Assembly (NCBI GenBank): GCA_035548815.1
Contig: DASZSF010000004.1
Coordinates: forward strand, 57,261-121,260
Direction of reading: 5' to 3'
Origin: Minisyncoccota bacterium
GTDB lineage: Bacteria > Patescibacteriota > Minisyncoccia > Phycocordibacterales > SBAW01
DNA length: 64,000 nucleotides
A program made the position numbers and the translations under genes. Positions 58,593 to 64,000 of this stretch are shown here, in pieces (the stretch's first letter is position 1; the number at the start of each line of letters is the position of its first letter). The notes beneath the pieces are model-generated. The model had not been told where the DNA came from. It saw nothing but the letters and a program-made list of their open reading frames with translations, and searched no databases.

Positions 58593-59966
58593 CTACCAAG
58601 AACTGACGCGGAACAACATTCGTTTCACTGTCTTAAGCGCAATAACAATGTCGAGCGCGAACGACCTATGCTTGATGTAATAAAAATCATACGCCAAACG
58701 GACACGTGTTTCTTCGACCGACTGGGGACTCAACTTCCCTTGCTCATACTGTTGATTTATCTGAGCCCAGCCGCTAATGCCAGGCTTCACCGCATAGCGC
58801 ACATTGTAATAGGGAATCTCTTCTGCCAAACGCTCGCCCAACCCAAGGATGTCGTTGCGCGGTCCAATAAGCGACAATTCGCCTTTCAATATATTTAAAA
58901 ATTGCGGAAATTCGTCGAGCGATATTGTGCGAAGAATGCCGCCCACGCGTGTCACTTTATTCACACGCTCCTCTCCTACCCAGTCCTTCGATGCCGAATT
59001 ATTAAAACTCATGCTTCTAAATTTGTATGCGCGCATACGCCTTCCACCTTCACCTAAACGTTCTTGCGCAATAAATAATTCTCCAGGTCCTTCGAGCTTC
59101 ATTGCAAGAAAAATGAATGGTGTGAGTACGATAGTGATAAGACCCATCATAAGGCCTCCCACGATGTCGATGAGTCGTTTAGTGATTGAATAGAAGTTCG
59201 TTTGAGATCGCGTAATATTTTTCAGAAACCAGTCATAGCGAAGAAGCGAGAGTGGCACCCGGTCAAACACTTCTTCGTATACTTTGTAAAAATCTGCGTA
59301 CTGAAAACGATCGCTGGCAATGGTGAGTTCATAGACTGCCGGCAGGAGCGGGCGGGTTGTTTCGTGTTCCGCGTCAACGACAACCAGCGTTACATCTGCG
59401 TCTTTAAGTTCTTGTGCAAAGATGCCGAACTGTTCGACCATTAGCGCTGCAGGATTTTGAACCACAACAAATTCTAAGTGGTATCGCGGGTTGTTATTCA
59501 CTTCACGAACGAGCTCGTCAACTTCCGGGCCCGAACCGATAACCGCTGCACGCTCCCGGCTTACCGGTTTTGACAGTTTAGGAAACAACCACAACCGCCA
59601 CAAAAATATGAAGAACAGCGAAAGACCGAGATAGATAGCCAAACTCGTTTTAGGAGCGATACCAATCTGCGGAATTAAAAAGAAGAGCAGTGCCGCAAGC
59701 GCAATGTTAAACGCTTGCGTACGGAAGATAACGCGTGGGACTTCGCTGCGAAACAACACTGCGTGCTTGCTGTAGAGGCCTGCCATATAAAACACGAGCA
59801 ACCACAGTGCGAACAAGAATCCAAATGCTCCGATATATGCCTCCACTATCTCTTCAGTCGGCAAACCGCGATAGCGCAGGAAAAGTGTCAGCAACAGCGA
59901 AATACAAAAGACCGCTAGGTCCCCCAAAAAAAGCAGTCCGAGGGCATATCTCCTACTAAATGTCAT
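58593..59966 (-). CDS. Priming polyprenyl-phosphate sugar-1-P transferase (WcaJ/WbaP-like)
   Basis: KRLIDI, YKFRSM, LDEFPQFLNILKGELSLIGPR, KPGISGWAQ. Confidence 0.93.
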   Translation of the reverse strand: MTFSRRYALGLLFLGDLAVFCISLLLTLFLRYRGLPTEEIVEAYIGAFGFLFALWLLVFYMAGLYSKHAVLFRSEVPRVIFRTQAFNIALAALLFFLIPQIGIAPKTSLAIYLGLSLFFIFLWRLWLFPKLSKPVSRERAAVIGSGPEVDELVREVNNNPRYHLEFVVVQNPAALMVEQFGIFAQELKDADVTLVVVDAEHETTRPLLPAVYELTIASDRFQYADFYKVYEEVFDRVPLSLLRYDWFLKNITRSQTNFYSITKRLIDIVGGLMMGLITIVLTPFIFLAMKLEGPGELFIAQERLGEGGRRMRAYKFRSMSFNNSASKDWVGEERVNKVTRVGGILRTISLDEFPQFLNILKGELSLIGPRNDILGLGERLAEEIPYYNVRYAVKPGISGWAQINQQYEQGKLSPQSVEETRVRLAYDFYYIKHRSFALDIVIALKTVKRMLFRVSSW

Positions 59967-60033
59967 CGTGGTACGTTATATCATATAACCTTATATAATC
60001 TAGGTTAGTTTCAATACGGACAGACACATTTGT

Positions 60034-61002
60034 ATGAAAATCCTCTATGGAGTAACGAAATCGAGATGGGGCGGCGCCCAGCGCTATGTGTATGACCTGG
60101 CGACTGCTGCCAAAACGGCAGGGTTTGAGGTGGTCGTGGCATGCGGCGGGAACGGGGCCTTGGTTACAAAACTCACAGAGGCTGGCATACGAACTATTTC
60201 TCTCTCTATATATAATGAGGCATCGCTTAGCGCCATCCTTAAGACGAAACAAGAATTTGAAAAAGTATTTGAGCAGGAGAAACCAGACGTCGTGCATTTG
60301 AACAGCTCTCTTGTAGGTATTGGAGGTGCGCTTGCGGCTCGCAGCGCACACATCCCAAAGATTATCTTCACCGACCACGGCTGGGCATTCAAAGAAGCTC
60401 GCTCGTTTGTGCAAAAAATTGCAATTTGGCTCGTATCGTGGATGACGGTTCTGTATGTAGACCGGGTTATCGCCGTTTCTGATGCGGAGCTGGCGCTCAC
60501 GCAACACATGCCGTTTGCATCTAAAAAAACCCTACGAATCTACAACGGTATCGATTTGAACATGCAGTTTGGGACAGGCAACATCATCCGCAGCGCCTTC
60601 CCTGCTGGAGTCCATATTACGGGCACTGTAGGAGAGCTCACAAAAAATAAAAACCAAATAGCGCTCATTGAAGAAGCGCGCCACAAACCCGATATGTATG
60701 TCGCGATAGTCGGCGAAGGTGAATTACGACCGATGCTTGAAGCGAAAATTAAAGAGTATGGATTAGAACAGCGTGTAAAACTGTTTGGATTCCAGCCTGT
60801 CGCTGATGAAATGAAAGGGTTCGACACCTTTGCGCTTCCTTCTATTAAAGAAGCGCTCGCGTATGTTATTTTGGAAGCCCGCGCTGCCGGCCTCCCCATT
60901 GTCGCAAACCGCGTAGGTGGCATACCCGAAGCGATGGAGACTCCTCTTTCCGAATTTTCAAAAGAGAACATGGTCGAACAGACACTCGCCCTGTATCGCT
61001 AA
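60034..61002 (+). CDS. GT4 glycosyltransferase
   Basis: [37 protein letters not shown]. Confidence 0.9.
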   Translation: MKILYGVTKSRWGGAQRYVYDLATAAKTAGFEVVVACGGNGALVTKLTEAGIRTISLSIYNEASLSAILKTKQEFEKVFEQEKPDVVHLNSSLVGIGGALAARSAHIPKIIFTDHGWAFKEARSFVQKIAIWLVSWMTVLYVDRVIAVSDAELALTQHMPFASKKTLRIYNGIDLNMQFGTGNIIRSAFPAGVHITGTVGELTKNKNQIALIEEARHKPDMYVAIVGEGELRPMLEAKIKEYGLEQRVKLFGFQPVADEMKGFDTFALPSIKEALAYVILEARAAGLPIVANRVGGIPEAMETPLSEFSKENMVEQTLALYR

Positions 61003-61511
61003 TTCTTTACGTAGTATTGATACGAAAAGGTGGTGTCTGTAGGACCCGACCAGGTGCCGCCGTTCGTGCAACCGGAAGTTCCATCCGCTTCCTGCACCGC
61101 GCCAAGCAAGTAGTGCGCCCCGTCGCTCCAGTAGGCATAAAATTGCGCGCCGCCGCAGCCGCCGCCTGCGACGTATCCGTTTGTGCCCGGATCGTATGAG
61201 ATGCTCGGCATTTCTCCGTCCGAGACCAGCACGTAAAGCGGGTTGCACCCGGTGTTCGTGTAGTTCGGATCTGAGGGGTTTGTCCAGCAGGTCCGATCGC
61301 TTCCCGCGCCGCCCGAGGGATAGCTGCCGTGGTTCGTGGCGTAGAGCTCAAGCGCCGTCTGCAGTTGATGCAAATCGCTTACGCGCCTGGCATCGCGCGC
61401 CTTGACGCGGGCCGAGGTGAGCGACACAAGAACGACGGAGGCCAGGATGCCGATGATAGAGATAACCACCAAAAGCTCTATCAACGTGAACCCCTTCGGC
61501 CTTTTTGGCAT
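60999..61511 (-). CDS. Type IV pilin-like protein
   Basis: [27 protein letters not shown] prepilin site, [10 protein letters not shown]. Confidence 0.92.
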   Translation of the reverse strand: MPKRPKGFTLIELLVVISIIGILASVVLVSLTSARVKARDARRVSDLHQLQTALELYATNHGSYPSGGAGSDRTCWTNPSDPNYTNTGCNPLYVLVSDGEMPSISYDPGTNGYVAGGGCGGAQFYAYWSDGAHYLLGAVQEADGTSGCTNGGTWSGPTDTTFSYQYYVKN

Positions 61512-61564
61512 TGTATTGTGCACATGCACGGTCATGGCATCGGTACTATAAAGCATACCACTCG

Positions 61565-62044
61565 TTATTCGCTGCACGTAATAAGCTTGGACGCATATGT
61601 CTGCAAATTGAGCGTCGTCTCTCCATCGCTACAATCACCATCCGTCCATACGCACCAATAAAACGGGGTCGGATGGCCGGTGACGTTTAGGTTCCGTACA
61701 GATACCCGGATGATGTGCCCGTACGGCACAGGCTGCGTCCAGTTCTCCCAATCGTACACCCATCCCAAACATGGTGGCGTCGGCCATACGGAAAGATATT
61801 TTTCGAGGCCGTTTGGCATGCCGTTATCAATGATGTCGGGAGCATATGTGCCGTTCGTATCGCTCGCGGCCATTTCCGCCGCATTTTGAATTTGGGTGAG
61901 CTGTCCCACCATGAGCGCATAGCGCGCTTTTGACCGCGCACTGCCAAGCGAGACGAGTACAACGGATGCTAAAACACCGATTATCGAAATAACGACGAGA
62001 AGCTCAATGAGAGTAAAACCCCTCGGGTGCCCGCCCTGTTGCAT
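61565..62044 (-). CDS. Type IV pilin-like protein
   Basis: [22 protein letters not shown] prepilin site; TATACT shortly before the ATG. Confidence 0.92.
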   Translation of the reverse strand: MQQGGHPRGFTLIELLVVISIIGVLASVVLVSLGSARSKARYALMVGQLTQIQNAAEMAASDTNGTYAPDIIDNGMPNGLEKYLSVWPTPPCLGWVYDWENWTQPVPYGHIIRVSVRNLNVTGHPTPFYWCVWTDGDCSDGETTLNLQTYASKLITCSE

Positions 62045-62060
62045 ATGAAAAAGTATACCA

Positions 62061-63218
62061 TTAACGGTCGTAGCCGCCGGAGAATTCGCGGTCAAGCATG
62101 GCGCGGTGCGTGGCGCGCGCGTACCGGCGCATGCCCGACAGCATGCCGAGCGCCAAAAATTCGGCCAAAATGTGCGTGCCGCCGTAACTCATAAATGGAA
62201 TGGTCGTTCCGGTCACGGGCAAAATTCCCATATTGATGCCCGCATGCAGGGTAAAGTGCGCCGCTAAGTAGCAAAAGACGCCGAGCGCAAACAGCGTTTC
62301 AAAGTTCGAGGCGCCGCGCATTGCGGTTTGAATGATGCGCCAAAACAGCGTCGCATAAAGGGCGAAAACAATAAGAAGCCCGACGAATCCCCACTCTTCA
62401 GCGAATGCTGCAAAAATGAAGTCGGTTTGATATTCAGGCAAGAAGCGTAATTTGCTTTGTGTACCGTATCCAATTCCCTTTCCAAGCAACTCTCCCGACC
62501 CCACTGCGATCATAGACTGGTAGGCGTTGTAGCCTGAGCCGCGAATGTCGTGCGCTGGGTTAACGAAGTTGATGATGCGCTTTTTTTGATAGTCGTGGAA
62601 TCCAAAAAACCACAGCGCGCCAAAAAGCGTAAGTCCGAGCAACACGACTGTTGCGACATGGCGTTTGGAAATGCCGGAAAAGAAGACCATACCGAACCAG
62701 ATAAGAAAAATTATGATGGCACCGCCAAAGTCCGGCTGGAGTGCCACAAGCACGAACACGACGAAGGCATACGCACCTGAAACGATGATGTGGCGGATGT
62801 TATGGATCTCAATATGGCGGCGGGAGAAATACTTTGCAAGCAAAATAATAAGTGCGAGCTTTACGAATTCGACTGGCTCGATGCCAAGCCCTCCAAACGA
62901 AAGCCAACTGCGGGCGCCCTTCACTGCTTCGCCGAGCCCCAACAAGAACAACAGCGGGATGATGAGCACACCGAATATGCTGGCCGCGACGCCGCTTCTA
63001 CGCAAAAAACGCCAATCAATGAATGACGCTCCAAAAAATACAACGACCCCGACTCCTATCCAGACAACCTGACGCTCGAATAAGGGGTCCTGGCCCGTGA
63101 ACGAGTCCATAGTCAAAAGCCCAAGCGCCGAGAGTGCGAGCGCAGAGCAAAAGCCTATCCAATCAATAGAAGTAATTTTTTTCCGCCAGCCGGCGGAGAT
63201 GAAAGTAATGGGAGACAT
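62061..63218 (-). CDS. rodA: SEDS peptidoglycan polymerase RodA
   Basis: GARSW, EPVEFVK, QPDFG, GYNAYQS, LPEYQTDFIF, PFMSYGG. Confidence 0.92.
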   Translation of the reverse strand: MSPITFISAGWRKKITSIDWIGFCSALALSALGLLTMDSFTGQDPLFERQVVWIGVGVVVFFGASFIDWRFLRRSGVAASIFGVLIIPLLFLLGLGEAVKGARSWLSFGGLGIEPVEFVKLALIILLAKYFSRRHIEIHNIRHIIVSGAYAFVVFVLVALQPDFGGAIIIFLIWFGMVFFSGISKRHVATVVLLGLTLFGALWFFGFHDYQKKRIINFVNPAHDIRGSGYNAYQSMIAVGSGELLGKGIGYGTQSKLRFLPEYQTDFIFAAFAEEWGFVGLLIVFALYATLFWRIIQTAMRGASNFETLFALGVFCYLAAHFTLHAGINMGILPVTGTTIPFMSYGGTHILAEFLALGMLSGMRRYARATHRAMLDREFSGGYDR

Positions 63219-63254
63219 ATGAAGAGTATCTAGCGGAGCGGACGAGCGGAACGA

Positions 63255-64000
63255 CTAAAACGAAGGCAGCACGGTGACTTCAGCACGAACTACTCCCGGG
63301 ACACCGCCCTGCCAGGTAAGCACAACATCTTGCGTGGATTTGTGTGCAAGGACCGGAACAAGACTCTTCGATGCAGCAAGTGCAGCGCCATCTGCATCGA
63401 ACAACACTCCCACAACGGTGATATTTTTTGCGTCAGTAGTTGTGTTGTTGTTGAGTGTGAGCGAAAGCCGCGAACCGTCGCTCGTCAATTGCTGGTTGCT
63501 CAACTCAATACGCGGGATGGAGCCGGCAGTAATTAAATTCCACGCCGGAAGCCCCGCAAACGTAATGAGTGTCCGCGCCACAACGCGCGAGCCCGTATTG
63601 ATGTTTGGCACAATGATGGGAACAACAGGAACCGGTGGAATATCTGCGACACCAGAGCGCTCAACTATTAAATGATTGTCTGCGTCAAACAGCTGGAATG
63701 AATATGCGACGTTATGTGCGCCTGAACCGACGTTCGGGTTTTGCACATACGCTGCTGAAGTGTACACATTAGCCGGGCCGTTCGTCGTTGAACTGCCGAC
63801 TAAAAATGAACGAGACCATGCGATAGTCGGCTGCTTTGATTGTTGTTCGCACAAAAGCGAGCACGAGCCGCCGCAGTCGACGCCCTGTTCGTCGCCATTT
63901 TCTCTGCCGTCAAAACATGTTGGCGCTGCGGAAAAAAGAGATGAGTAGAGCGCGTATGCGAGTATGAGAAGTAAAACGATTACAACTCCCGAATAGGTAT
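63255..64000 (-). CDS. Membrane-anchored protein with a Cys-rich motif and Ig-like domains (5' end outside the window)
   Basis: Frame stays open to the edge: TM (VVIVLLLILAYALY), then PTCFDGRENGDEQGVDCGGSCSLLC, then beta-rich domains. Confidence 0.8.
   Translation of the reverse strand, partial: TYSGVVIVLLLILAYALYSSLFSAAPTCFDGRENGDEQGVDCGGSCSLLCEQQSKQPTIAWSRSFLVGSSTTNGPANVYTSAAYVQNPNVGSGAHNVAYSFQLFDADNHLIVERSGVADIPPVPVVPIIVPNINTGSRVVARTLITFAGLPAWNLITAGSIPRIELSNQQLTSDGSRLSLTLNNNTTTDAKNITVVGVLFDADGAALAASKSLVPVLAHKSTQDVVLTWQGGVPGVVRAEVTVLPSF

Overview
Chromosomal segment of a Patescibacteria (CPR) bacterium, most likely Parcubacteria/Paceibacteria (inferred from 16S signatures, gene set and leaderless gene starts). 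Left to right: (1) the 5' part of a giant membrane-anchored fibre-like protein with two N-terminal HTH domains (missed by the ORF track) and a small HTH-TM partner; (2) housekeeping genes gatB, obg, ccdA-like, secA, murB; (3) a ~26 kb surface-glycan locus (O-antigen-ligase/TPR, gmd/fcl, wzm/wzt, GT10 and GT11 fucosyltransferases, GT2/GT4s, methyltransferases); (4) a PKD surface protein, a VirD4/HerA-like ATPase and rsmI; (5) stand-alone accessory genes plus an Mpl-like Mur ligase coupled to an ATE/Bpt-like transferase; (6) tRNA-Leu, tRNA-Ile and an unlinked 16S rRNA with no anti-Shine-Dalgarno tail; (7) secDF, folD, a priming sugar transferase, two type IV pilins and rodA. Best leads: a family of exactly 57-nt covarying hairpin elements sitting in-frame inside three proteins, the HTH-TM-fibre pair with a repeated upstream motif, a structured transcript encoding a 14-aa poly-lysine peptide, and the YfiH/Mpl/ATE trio. 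All calls come from reading and motif recognition; no searches were run.
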